Shown: positions 1 to 10,870 of the stretch, piece by piece
How the letters are laid out: each line of letters opens with the position of its first letter
Position numbering within the stretch: position 1 is the stretch's first letter
Assembly: GCF_006345805.1 (NCBI RefSeq)
Contig: NC_043001.1
Span: forward strand, 43,648,001-43,712,000
DNA length: 64,000 bases
From: Octopus sinensis
Taxonomy: Eukaryota
Reading direction: 5' to 3'
Program-made: the position numbers and the translations under genes
The notes under the pieces: model-generated
What the model was told of the DNA's origin: nothing
What the model saw: only the letters and a program-made list of their open reading frames with translations
The model's database searches: none

Positions 1-490
1 AGAATATATTTGTAAATCTGAACCAACAGTGTTTGTAACAGACAAATATAAATTCTTGTTTTGAGGACAGAATAAGAGGGCTCAGCAAAATTAGTTTCAA
101 TCCTGTGTTAGTATTTCATTAGAGATTGGATATCCTCTTTAACAGTCAACAAAGGCACTGCTCAATCCACTGTTACTAGGAGCTCAACGTCATACCCAAC
201 ATCGCACCTGGTCCAACATCACCAGGTTTTATGATACAAATTCTCTGTTTTATATTTATCATAATGAAACCTTTCTGCCAAAATTCAACTGAGGGTTACA
301 GGAGATGAAAGTGAACTCCTTCACCATACACTTATGCCTACACCTTCTTCACTATGCAGTCATCATTTTAAATTTACACATACACATACAGGTGTGGTGT
401 GTGTTTATATATGTGGGTGTAAATATGATGTGTGTATGTGTATATACATATGTGCATGTATACGTATGTGTATGTATGAGTATATGTGTT

Positions 491-706
491 ATCATCATCA
501 GCATCATCATCGTTTAATTTCTGCTTTTCATGTTGGCATGTGTTGGATGGTTTGACTGAGAACTGGCAAGCCAGGAAGCTGCACAAAGCTCTAATCGGAT
601 CTGTCAAGATTTCTACAGCTGGATGCCCTTCCTAATGCCAACCACCCCGAGAGTGTAGTGTGTGCATTTTACATGCCACCAACACAGGAACCAGTCAGGC
701 AGCACT
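491..706 (-). mobile_element. 3' tail fragment of the RTE-type LINE family
   Basis: Reverse complement of the tail ...ttaggaagggcatccagctgtagaaa...ccaacatgaaaagcagaaattaaacgatgatg, shared with full copies at 7200-7394 and 29200-29366. Confidence 0.75.
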
Positions 707-789
707 ATGTATACACACACACACACATACACACGTATATATGTATATATTATACATGTGTGTGTGTGTTTGTGTGTATATATATGTGT

Positions 790-834
<45 letters not shown>

Positions 835-1297
835 ATGTAGGTGTATGTGTGCACATGCATGCATGCATGTATGAGTGTGTGCGCATACATTGAAATCTCA
901 CTTTATAGAATAAACTGACAGCACCCCATCTTTTATTTTGTGTTACTCCTTTGGGAATAAATTAAGGCATCCTGAGTAACTCTGAAAGCTCTGAGACAAT
1001 ATTAACTGTTCATAAAAAAAACACAAGAATTGGGATTTGCTGCCTCAAAACTATTAATAGTGAAGGTTATTTTTAGACAACATAAAGTGTCTTTCCAAGA
1101 CCCCACCCACTCTGTCCCCCACATTCAGCATCTTTATACCATATGGCAACACTCCCTAAATTGTTTCTAAGGGTTTGGTAAAAAAGTACCTTAATTAATG
1201 CTGTGATACAGAATTCAAGATTTTGGGTTGGTAAGGCTAATGTGTACATGTTTGTGTAAATAAATAAGCACCCATATATATGAATATACATAGACAA

Positions 1298-1355
<58 letters not shown>

Positions 1356-1370
1356 TTATACACACATTTA

Positions 1371-1591
1371 TACAAGGGGGTGCTGAAAAGTTCTTGGCTT
1401 TAAGGGTTTTGCAAAAGGCCTGGCTGGAGGCTCAACCTTCTGAGTTCTTTTACAGGGCTTAGGAAAACTGAAGGGCTACTGCAATAAGTGCATGAATCTG
1501 AGAGGAGAATACACTGAATTAAATTATAATTAACTGATCCTCCTGTATTTTCTTTTACCCAGAGCCAGAAACTTTACAGTACCCTCTCATA
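1371..1591. mobile_element. Mariner-derived MITE, copy 1
   Basis: TIRs tacaagggggtgctgaaaagttcttggcttt / agagccagaaactttacagtaccctctcata with TA ends; clearly homologous second copy at 25810-26030. Confidence 0.8.
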
Positions 1592-1676
1592 CCTATACAT
1601 TTATAAATATATATTCATTCATTCATTTGTTCATTCATCATTTCACCTGTTTTTCTATGCTAACCCCATAAAAATA

Positions 1677-1899
1677 TATTTATTTCTTTATTGCCCACAG
1701 CGGGCTAAACATAGAGGGGACAAACAAGGACAGACAAAGGGATTAAGTTGATTACATCAACCCTAGCATGTAACTGGTACTTATTTAATCGACCCCGAAA
1801 GGATGAAAGGCAAAGTCGACCTCAGTGGAATTTGAACTCAGACGAAATACTGCTTGGCATTTCACCTGGCATGCTAACGATTCTGCCAGCTCGCCGCCC
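1677..1899 (-). mobile_element. tRNA-derived SINE, family A (core gtcgactttgcctttcatcctttcggggtcgat...aagtaccag)
   Basis: Reverse complement of the copy at 35525-35760; core resembles the Deu/Nin-type SINE domain (recalled, not searched). Confidence 0.8.
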
Positions 1900-2756
1900 C
1901 ATAAAAGTATATTAAAGAGAAAACAAGTTATGCAGCTTTCAATAATTGCCAGTTGTAAATATATGTGTTTCAATTAGAAAGATACTTAAATGACAACTCA
2001 TCAATACAAGGCAAACAGAAAATCCAGTCTATAATTGTTTTGTATTTTAGTCGAACTTCTCTCCTAATTCATTTGATTCTTCATTGCTCATAATTAGTGC
2101 TTTATATTTTCCTATTATTGCTCTCTTTTAAAAAGAATTATTTCTGATAATATTAATTAGAAAATTAATTCTAAATAGGCAGATTTCATAATATTCAATG
2201 TAAAGAACATGCTATTCAATTTAGAATTTCTAACAAAAATGAATAGGCATCAATTATTGATCAATAAGAAATGAAATAATATGAAAAAAGTAAGCTAAAT
2301 TTATTGCATCACCTGTAAAAAAAAGTGAACTAGAATGAAAAATGTGAGCAAGGGATAACAATACTCTTAAGTATTTAATAAACCTGGAAAAATACATGAC
2401 AAGAAGTAAGCCTAAAATAAAAGAGCTTAAAAATATTGCAGCTAAAATAAAATTTGAATAGGTTGCCAATTAAATGAGATATTCAAATAAGCCAAGCTAT
2501 CCAATACTGATCAACTATCTTCACCCAAAATATTTCTCTATTGCTAAGCTTGACTGTAAATAAATTTTAAATTATTTCAATATATGAAAATAAAGTGATA
2601 ACTGCCATATTTTGTAACATGAGTAAAGATTTTTTTCATTTTCTAAAACTTTTTACAAATGTAAAGAAAGTAGGTAAATAAATTAAATGTTTGACTACAG
2701 TAAAATTTAAGCCTGTCTAAGTAATTAAATGTTTTCTTTGTTTTATTTTTGGTGCT

Positions 2757-2955
2757 CTTTTACTCTTTTACTTGTTTCAGTCATTTGACTGTGGCCATGC
2801 TGGAGCACCACCTTTAGTCAAGCAAATCCACTCCAGGACTTATTCTTTGTAAGCCTAGTACTTATTCTATCGGTCTCTTTTGCCGAACTGCTAAGTTAGG
2901 GGGACGTAAACACACCAGCATCGGTTGTCAAGTGATGTTGGGGAGACAGACACAA

Positions 2956-3013
<58 letters not shown>

Positions 3014-3158
3014 CTGGCTTCTTTCAGTTTCCGTCTACCAAATCCTCTCAAAGCTTTGGTCAGAAGATACTTACCCAAGGTGCCATACAGTGGGACTGAA
3101 CCCGGAACCATGTGGTTCGTAAGCAAGCTACTTACCACACAGCCACTCCTACGCCTAC
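2757..3158 (-). mobile_element. tRNA-derived SINE, family B (ggttcagtcccactg...ccttgggcaag core, internal TA/CA microsatellite)
   Basis: Matches plus-strand copies at 32625, 33250 and 48120; 3' end gactgaaacaagtaaaagagta. Confidence 0.8.
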
Positions 3159-3289
3159 AATTATTTTACTTTTAAAATTTGAATTATTTTACTGTTTGGT
3201 GAATCTAAGTTTTCCTCAAATAAATGCAGATGTCATAGAGTTAGTCATAATGAATGAAAATAAAGATCATCTTTATAACATTGTATTAA

Positions 3290-3925
3290 TAATCATCATC
3301 ATTATTATCGTTTAATGTCTGCTTTCCCTTCTAGCATAGGTTGGACGATTTGACTGAGGTCTGGTGAACCAGATGGCTGCACCAGACTCCAATCTGATCC
3401 TGCAGAGTTTCTACAGCTGGATGCCCATCCTAATGCCAACCACACTGAAAGTGTAGTGGGTGCTTTTACGTGCCTCTGGCATGAGGGCCAATTAGGCAGT
3501 ACTGGCAACAACCACGCTCAAATGATGCTTTTTATGTGCCACCTGCACAGAAGCCAATCCAGCGGCACTGACAACGACCTCGCTCGAATGTTTTTTCACG
3601 TGCCACCAGCACAAGTGGCAGTAAGGCGATGCACGTAACGATCATGCTCAAATGGTGCTTTTTACGTTCCACCAGCACGGAGGCAAGTTTGTTGCTCTGG
3701 CAATGATCACGCTCGGATGGTGCTCTTAGCGCTCCATTAGCACAGATGCCAGTTATCGAATTTGATTTCGATTTCAATTTTGATTTCACTTGCCTCAACA
3801 GGTCTTTGCAAGCAGAGTTTAGTGTCCAATGAAGGAAAGGTACACATAAGTAGGCTGGTTACACCCCTAGCAGAGGCGACAAGGTTATGGTCTCACTTGG
3901 GCTTGCTGAGTCTTCTCAAGCACAA
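3290..3925 (-). mobile_element. RTE-type LINE 3' fragment
   Basis: Reverse complement of the 6690-7394 segment (gagaagac...cataacc...gaggcaagtgaaatc... to the aaacgat tail). Confidence 0.8.
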
Positions 3926-4273
3926 ATGAACAAAAATGAATTTCTGTTTCAAAAATCTTAAAACAATTTTTATTTGGTAGATGGGAATTTATGATAAGGC
4001 ATCAGATTATTTTTATTGAATTTTATATCTATCTGCTGTATTTTAAGCACTTTTATTTTAGGTTTGCTTCTTGGGTAAAAGATGGTTGATCAGTATTGAA
4101 TGGCTTGGCTTATTTTGAATATTTTATTTAATTGGCCACCCATTCAAATTTTATTTGAGCTGCAATATTTTAAGCTCTTTTCTTTTATTTTGGGCTTTCT
4201 TCTTGTCCTGTATTTTTCTAGATTCATTAAATACTTAAGAGTATTGTTATATACCTTGCTCACATTTTTCATT

Positions 4274-4358
<85 letters not shown>

Positions 4359-4450
4359 TATTCTTTTATTTGTTCCAGTCATTTGATTGCAGCCATGCTG
4401 GAGCACTGCTTTTATTCAAACAAATCAACACTGGGACTTATATATATATG

Positions 4451-4482
<32 letters not shown>

Positions 4483-4524
4483 TACATACATATATAATTG
4501 GAATTTACAAAAAAAAAAACAGAA

Positions 4525-5464
4525 TAAAAGATGAAGACAGGTGTGTAAACAACAAAGAGATGTATTAGTTTAATGCTTGGGAAGTGGGAACGTCTTTTAC
4601 GTTTCTAGCCTATGCTCTTCAACAGAAAGGGACACAGAAATAAGCAGAGAGAGAAAATAAAAAAAGGTTTAGTGGCTTGCGATCAATCATGGTGAATGCC
4701 GGACAGAGGTAGCCAGGCAGGAGAGCTAGGAAGAAGGGGAGATAAAATAAGTAGTGGTGATCCCAAAACGAAAGTGCACATGCATGTGTATGTGAGAGCA
4801 TGTATGCGCATGTGGATAGGGGCTGGTTACCTTGATGTGTGGATGTGTAGGTTTGTGGATAACGGTGTAGGTGCTGGGAAGTGTCAGTGCTAGTGTATGG
4901 TGGTGTTGGGGTGTGTGGGAGGCGGGATGGGGGATACAAGGGTGTGGTGTGGGTGGGGTATGTGGGAGTGGAATGTGTGGGATAGGGTGGGGGTGGGATG
5001 GGATGTATAGGGATGGTGGGGTGAAAATGTGTAGGGTTGGGGCAACTATGGAGGGGGTGATGATGAAGGGAGAGGCTGGGAGGGAGAAGGTGAGTAGTAG
5101 TGAAGAAAGGAAGTAGGTGTCGGAGTGAGAGTGGAGAGGTGGATGGGAGTGAAGGGAGGAAATAGGTGTGAGAGGAAGAGAGGAGAGAAGAAGGGGTTAG
5201 ATGAAGAGGGGAGGAGAGTTGAGCCCATATGGTGCAAAGGAGTGAAAAGAGAAGATTAACTCCTTTTCATGGCGAAGACGGGTGTCTGGATGGCCCCTGT
5301 GCAAGGACAATCCAAACACAGACAGGTGTTGTAAAGAATGACTGGTAGAATGGAAATGGCGTGAGACCAGTTGCCGAGTCTGATGTCTCAGAGGTGCTCC
5401 ACAAACCTGTCAGCCAAGTGGCAACTCATTTGGCCAATGTACAGAGAACAGAGAGAGCAGGAGC

Positions 5465-5465
<1 letters not shown>
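4525..5465 (-). mobile_element. Penelope-like element 3' end: GIY-YIG endonuclease remnant plus 3' region
   Basis: Minus translation CSLCSLYIGQMSCHLADRFVEHL*DIRLGN.../HSLQHLSVFGLSLHRGHPDTRLRHEKELIFSFHSFAPYGLNSPPLFI* is a GIY-YIG C-terminal half; followed by a C-rich tract and a terminal repeat with a hammerhead-like motif. Confidence 0.8.
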
Positions 5466-5521
<56 letters not shown>

Positions 5522-5937
5522 TGCATGCTCACATGGTCGTGCTAGTTTCATCCTGTCTCTACCTCATGCACTTTGATTTTCTACACCTTCTGCACTTCAG
5601 ACTATTCTACCTGGATTATTTATTCTCCTTCACTTTGGACTTCCACCTGGTTTTTACATGCATTACACTGGACTCTTCCATTGATGAGAAATCGCTCCAA
5701 TACACCATGACATTTGAATCTTTTGAACTTCACTGAACATTTTTTGTACTTTCTGCTTTTTCCTATTGTCGTTTCTTCTTACTGTTTTCTCTCAATCTGC
5801 ACATTGTTACTTTACCTCTCTCTCCCTCCCTTTCTTTCTTTTTGTCTTCTCCCTTTCTTCTCCTTTCCCCTCTATTTCTTCCTCCTTCCTTCTCTCCTTG
5901 TTTTTATTTTTTTCTTATATATATATACATATATATA

Positions 5938-7391
5938 TGGCCAATCTGTAGTAGAGGTGTAGGTAGAAACTCTATAAGATGTACCCAGTGTAAGCTATGG
6001 ACACATAAGAGGTGCAGTAATATCAAAGGAAGGCTAACTGGGAGGATAGTTTTTGTACGTGGCAGATGCTCAGGAGCAATAAACAGTGAAAATGCGCAGA
6101 GAACAACTTCCGCCACATTCCAGGGAGAAAAACTAGAAGTGGTTGATAGCTTCCATTACCTAGGTGACCAAGTCAGTAGCGGGGGAGGGTGCGCTGAAAG
6201 TGTAGCTGCTAGAATAAGAATAGCTTGGGCAAAGTTCAGAGAGCTCTTACCTCTGCTGGTGACAAAGAGCCTCTCGCTCAGAGTAAAAGGTAGACTGTAT
6301 GATGCTTGTGTATGAACAGCTATGCTACATGGCAGTGAAACATGGGCTGTGACTGCTGAGAACATACGTAAGCTCAAGGAATGAAGCCAGTATGATCCGA
6401 TGGATGTGTAATGTAATTGTGCATACTCGACAGAGTGTAAGTACCTTGAGAGAAAAGTTGGACCTAAGAAGCATCAGATATGGTGTGCAAGAGAGATGAC
6501 TGTGCTGGTATGGTCATGTGGCGAGAATGGATGAGGGTAGCTGTGTGAAAAAGTGCCACACCCTAGCAGTTGAGGGAACCTGTGGAAGAGATAGACCCAG
6601 GAAGACCTGGGATGAAGTGGTGAAGCACGACCTTCGAACTTTCAGCCTCACTAAAGAAATGACTAGTGACCGAGACTTTTGGAAATATGCTGTGCTTGAG
6701 AAGACCCGGCAAGCCAAATGAGACCATAACCTCGTGGCCTATGCCAGGAGTGTAACCAGCCCACTTATGCATACCTTTTCCTTCTTTGGACACTATACTC
6801 TGCTTGCAAAGATCTGTTGAGGCAAGTGAAATCAAAATCAAAATCAAATTCGATGACTGGCATCCGTGCTGGCGGGGTGCAAAGAACACCATACGAGTAT
6901 GATCGTTGACATAGCGGCTAACCGGCTTCCATGCCAGGGGCACATAAAAGGTACTATTCAAGTGTGATCGTTACCAGCGTCATCTTACTGGCACTTGTGC
7001 CCGTGCTAGAAGGGTGCCAAGAGCACCATCCTAGTGTGATCGTTGCCAGAGTGGCTAACTGGCTTCTGTGCTGGTGGCGTGTAAAAGGGCACCATTCGAG
7101 TGTGATCGTTACCAGCGTCGCTTTACTGGCACCTGTGCCGGTGGCATGTGTAAAAAGATTCAAGCAAGGTCATTGCCAGTACTGCTTGACTGGCCCCCAT
7201 GCTGGTGGCACGTAAAAAGCACCCACTATACTCCCGGAGTGGTTGGCGTTAGGAAGGGCATCCAGCTGTAGAAACTCTGCCAGATCAAGATTGGAGCCTG
7301 GTGCAGCCATCTGGTTCGCCAGCCCTCAGTCAAAATCGTCCAACACATGCTAGCATGGAAAGCAGATGTTAAACGATGATGATGATGATGA

Positions 7392-7394
<3 letters not shown>
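5938..7394 (+). mobile_element. 5'-truncated RTE-type LINE (ORF2 C-terminus, 3'UTR, (GAT)n tail)
   Basis: ...KLEVVDSFHYLGDQVSSGGGC...RIRIAWAKFRELLPLL...KGRLYDACV...LLHGSETW...RWYGHV...GRDRPRKTW; stops and frameshifts; tail aaagcagatgttaaacgatgatgatg. Confidence 0.9.
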
Positions 7395-7426
<32 letters not shown>

Positions 7427-7469
7427 GTATTTATATATATATATGTATTTATATATATATGTGTATGTA

Positions 7470-7507
<38 letters not shown>

Positions 7508-7534
7508 CATATACATACATATATATATATTCAA

Positions 7535-7732
7535 AATGTGACCATGTGTGTACCGTTGGTGATTTTTTTCCCTCTGTCTTCCCTTCTCTGGATCTTTCCT
7601 TCTCCTATGTTTCCGATGAAAAGCTCCACTTGAAACGTTAAACCTTCCTTCTTTCCTGAGCGTCCAATAATACTATATTTGTTCCACGTCCTCGCGTTGT
7701 GTTTTTTTGTGCTTTCTTGTTTGGATTAACTA

Positions 7733-7735
<3 letters not shown>
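7535..7735 (+). mobile_element. Penelope-associated terminal-repeat-like segment with hammerhead-like motif
   Basis: gtttCCGATGAaaagctccacttGAAACGTtaaac at 7609-7643; no coding remnant adjacent, so the family assignment is inferred. Confidence 0.5.
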
Positions 7736-7774
<39 letters not shown>

Positions 7775-8169
7775 CTATATGTATATATATAGATATAACT
7801 ATATGTATATATGTGTGTATACACTCACACACTCATACATACATACATATATGTATAATAATAGTTTGACTCAGTTCCACATGACTTAATGTTTCATGGG
7901 TGTGTAGGACACACCCATCTCAGCAGATGTTCAGAAGTAGAGTGGAAGGTTTGAAAGAAATTCAAGATGGTTTTTAGGTGTTAATGGCGCTATTGATCAG
8001 CTCAGGTCACATTGGTATTAATGCTAATAAAGGAATGTTGGCTATTTTCATTTTTATGCTCATATGCTTGGACAGGATGTTGGTGCTACTTTGGAGGTAG
8101 GTTATTGCATAGTGACGTCAGTGATATCAGTTCCTTCTATAGAGTACTGCATATGGTGGTGGGGAGAAG

Positions 8170-8333
8170 ATATTGGCACAAGTCAGTAGCTCAGTTATCC
8201 TTCACTAGAGCATGAATACATTACTGGCATGGGTTAGTTATTATATCAAATATATTGGCACAAGTCAGTAGCTCAGTTATCCTTCACTAGATCATGAATA
8301 CATTACTGGCATGGGTTAGTTATTATATCAAAT
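8170..8333. repeat. 82-bp tandem duplication
   Basis: atattggcacaagtcagtagctcag...ttatatcaaat occurs at 8170-8251 and 8252-8333 with one substitution. Confidence 0.92.
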
Positions 8334-8574
8334 ATAATTGTTGTTGGGATGTTGGCTATCTAGAATTATCCTTATATCTCTTGAAGTCCCACTGTTTGCC
8401 ATTCAGTGAAGCATATATGGAATTACCTATTGGAAGAATTCATGGAGTGATTTGCAATAAATCGTTGTCACAGATGTTAAATACTGATCGAGGTGGTTAG
8501 CCATTACCTGGAAGTTAACTGAGAGCTAACAGAGTATTTGGCTGCCATGCTGGGCCACTGAACTCAACACATTT

Positions 8575-8735
8575 TTTTCATTCTCTCTCTATTTATTTCC
8601 TCTTATTCTTTTCTGTTGAAGAGTGTAGGCTCGAAATGTAAAAGACTTTTCCATTTTTTCCCAAGCATCAAACTAATACACTCGCTTGTTGTTCCTACAC
8701 CTGTCTTCATCTTTGTTTTTCTATAAATTTGAACT
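8575..8735 (+). mobile_element. Penelope terminal segment, same family as 4525-4640
   Basis: ttctgttgaagagtgtaggctcgaaatgtaaaagact...aaactaataca...cacctgtcttcatc matches the reverse complement of 4530-4630. Confidence 0.75.
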
Positions 8736-9494
8736 ACACGCACACACACACACACACATACGTGCATGTATATTAATTCATTCATATTCATCAACAAGGG
8801 AGAGTACTCTACATGTTTTATGGTTAGAATTTATTAAGTTATGTTGACTCAGGATGAAAATTGACAGCTGAAAATTCATTCAAAGTGGAGACATGAAAAA
8901 AATTTCTACAGAGACCAAGGAATAGTGGAGTAACATGATGTATGACTGAAGCAACCAATAATTCTTTAGGGAAAATCTTTGCTTGTGGTGACAGTTAAAT
9001 AACTCTGGATTTTCTATTGATGGTTATTGTAAGCTGTTTCAGTATCTGAGCCTTTCCAGATAGGCAAAATTTACAATTAAGTGATTCTTTAGACTATGGA
9101 GTGGTGTTGTCAACATCGTTCCAAGTTATAATAGAAGGATTGTGTCCTTGATTCCTAAGCTTCTAGGTAAATTGAGAGGAAAGTGGAATTTTCCTTACTC
9201 CCAGAGCTAAAGTAGTGCAGACGTTGATGGAATGTCCTCTAAGTCATTAGCAGTAATACATCAGAGGTGGAGTAACTATTACTTGGTAGAATTCCTTTTG
9301 GAGAGGCAAGATGCCCTGATTTCAACAATGGGAAGATAGCTGTAGAATGGGGTTGAGCAGCGGTGTGCTTCCAATTGTGGTATTTGTTGGTGGAAGCGAT
9401 GTTATCGAAGCATTGTGTGCATTAAAGAACTTAAGATGTGTGTATATTGGTTGGAAGTAGCTCTTTACAAATAAACAGGAAATTCCTACTTATA

Positions 9495-10377
9495 TAGAGG
9501 CCTGATCAATAAGTATCCGGACTGTTGCCATAGTAATAAAGCTAAAGCACGCAGAGTAAAGCTACTTGGCAAAGATTGACCTTGAACTCTGCTGTGCATG
9601 CACACTAAGTTTTAACATTCTAGCTCACTGTCACTGTTTACAGTAGTGCTTGGAAGGAAGGTGTGTAGCATGTGATTGTCACATTGATCATGACGGAGAA
9701 AGTTGCCATGGTGATACCTGCTCAGAGGCTTACACAAAGTTGCAGAAAGTGTATGGAGAGGATTGTATGAGCTGCACACAAGTGTACAAGTGGTTCAGAC
9801 GTTTCCAAGATGGCCAAAAAAATGTCGATATTGATGAACATTCTGGGAGACTCACAACCAGCAGAACTGAGAGAAACGTCACAGATATGCATGCAGCTGT
9901 GAGGGGAAATTATCAAATCATCATTTGTGAGTTATCAGAAGATGTGCAGATTAGTTATTATTCGGTTCTGTCCTTTATCACTGAAGATCTGGGTATGAGA
10001 CATGTGTCTGCCAAGTTTGTGCCAAAACTGTTTTCAGCTGACCACAAAGACACCCGGGTTTCAGTTCCACAAGAGCTCTTTGATTGTGTTGAGAATGATG
10101 AAAACTTTGTGTGGGCCTCTGAATAGGTATTGCCAAGCTTTTAGCAAAATTTGATGCAGATTCTCTGCTCAACTTTGTCATGGTCAATACAAAGATCACA
10201 TGCTACACACCTTCCTTCCAGGTACTGCTGTAAACAGTGGAAGTGAGCTAGAATGTTAAACCTTAGTGTGCACGCACAGCAGAGTTCAAGGTCAATCTAT
10301 GCCAAGTAGCTTTACTCTGTGTGCTTTAGCTTCATTACTATGGCAACAGCCTGGATACTTATTGATCAGACCATGTA
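9495..10377 (+). mobile_element. Mariner-derived foldback element with ~185-bp inverted ends and an N-terminal transposase fragment
   Basis: 9495-9676 is the reverse complement of 10196-10375; internal frame EAYTKLQKVYGEDCMSCTQVYKWFRRFQDG...LGMRHVSAKFVPKLFS (mariner HTH plus the FVP(K)L motif); TA flanks. Confidence 0.88.
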
Positions 10378-10636
10378 TATGGAGACATCAAATTCATGTG
10401 ATGAAGGTGGAGTAAACCAGATTACATTTCTTTTCCTAGCGTTTCTCTAAATGATAGGTTTATCCTCACTAAAACCACTCCTGCTAGTGCCATGTTATAG
10501 AACGGGAATACTTTGTCAATTTTCTTTTTGTCTGACGGTAAGTTGAACAGTCTCCTACACTAGCTGCTTAGTTTCTAATTGAAGTTTTGAGGATGTTTAC
10601 AGTCTTTACCTTGGCTTCTTATAGGGATAGTGTACT

Positions 10637-10870
10637 CAGAGCCAGTTTTAAGCCAATTCAAATTGGGCCCTGTGTGCCAAGAGAGGCCCCTCCCCTTTGC
10701 ACACATGCTTGAGGGTACTGTGAATTTTTAGTATATCAGGCCCTCAACACATTTTAGCTGGGTCTGGGGTACTACATGAAGCATAAAACACCAGTCTTCA
10801 GTTTTTGTAAAATTGAGAGCCCCACTGACATTTCTCTAATTGGGCTCCATACTTCCTAGCACTGGCCCTG
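10637..10870. mobile_element. hAT-type MITE
   Basis: Ends cagagccag / ctggccctg; perfect 8-bp TSD AGTGTACT at 10629-10636 and 10871-10878. Confidence 0.88.

Larger units (their letters stand above)
2329..4278. repeat. ~200-bp inverted repeat pair (arms 2329-2527 and 4071-4278)
   Basis: actagaatgaaaaatgtgagcaagg...gatcaactatcttcacccaa aligns to the reverse complement of 4071-4278 with scattered mismatches and small indels. Confidence 0.85.

Noticed and set aside
136-226. Possible plus-strand exon (aacag|TCAAC...CCAG|gtttta) and a possible partner at ~1077-1170
   Set aside because: Two frames are open but neither peptide is recognisable, the donor is weak and I could not build a consistent chain.
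305-901. Many overlapping ORFs rich in Y/I/C/V/H/T (also at 4281, 5371, 7226, 23657, 57907, 61416 and 63003)
   Set aside because: Translations of (TA)n, (CA)n and (TG)n microsatellites, which lack stops in several frames.
2254-4534. Hydrophobic ORFs resembling a membrane or mitochondrial protein (NUMT)
   Set aside because: They are the two arms of the inverted repeat read in an AT-rich frame; no recognisable mitochondrial gene motif.
4900-5220. G-rich tract as telomeric repeat or functional G-quadruplex
   Set aside because: No regular TTAGGG units; it is the low-complexity 3' region of the Penelope remnant.
7860-8520. Possible degenerate LINE RT remnant on the minus strand
   Set aside because: Only faint motif resemblance, too decayed to assign by eye.
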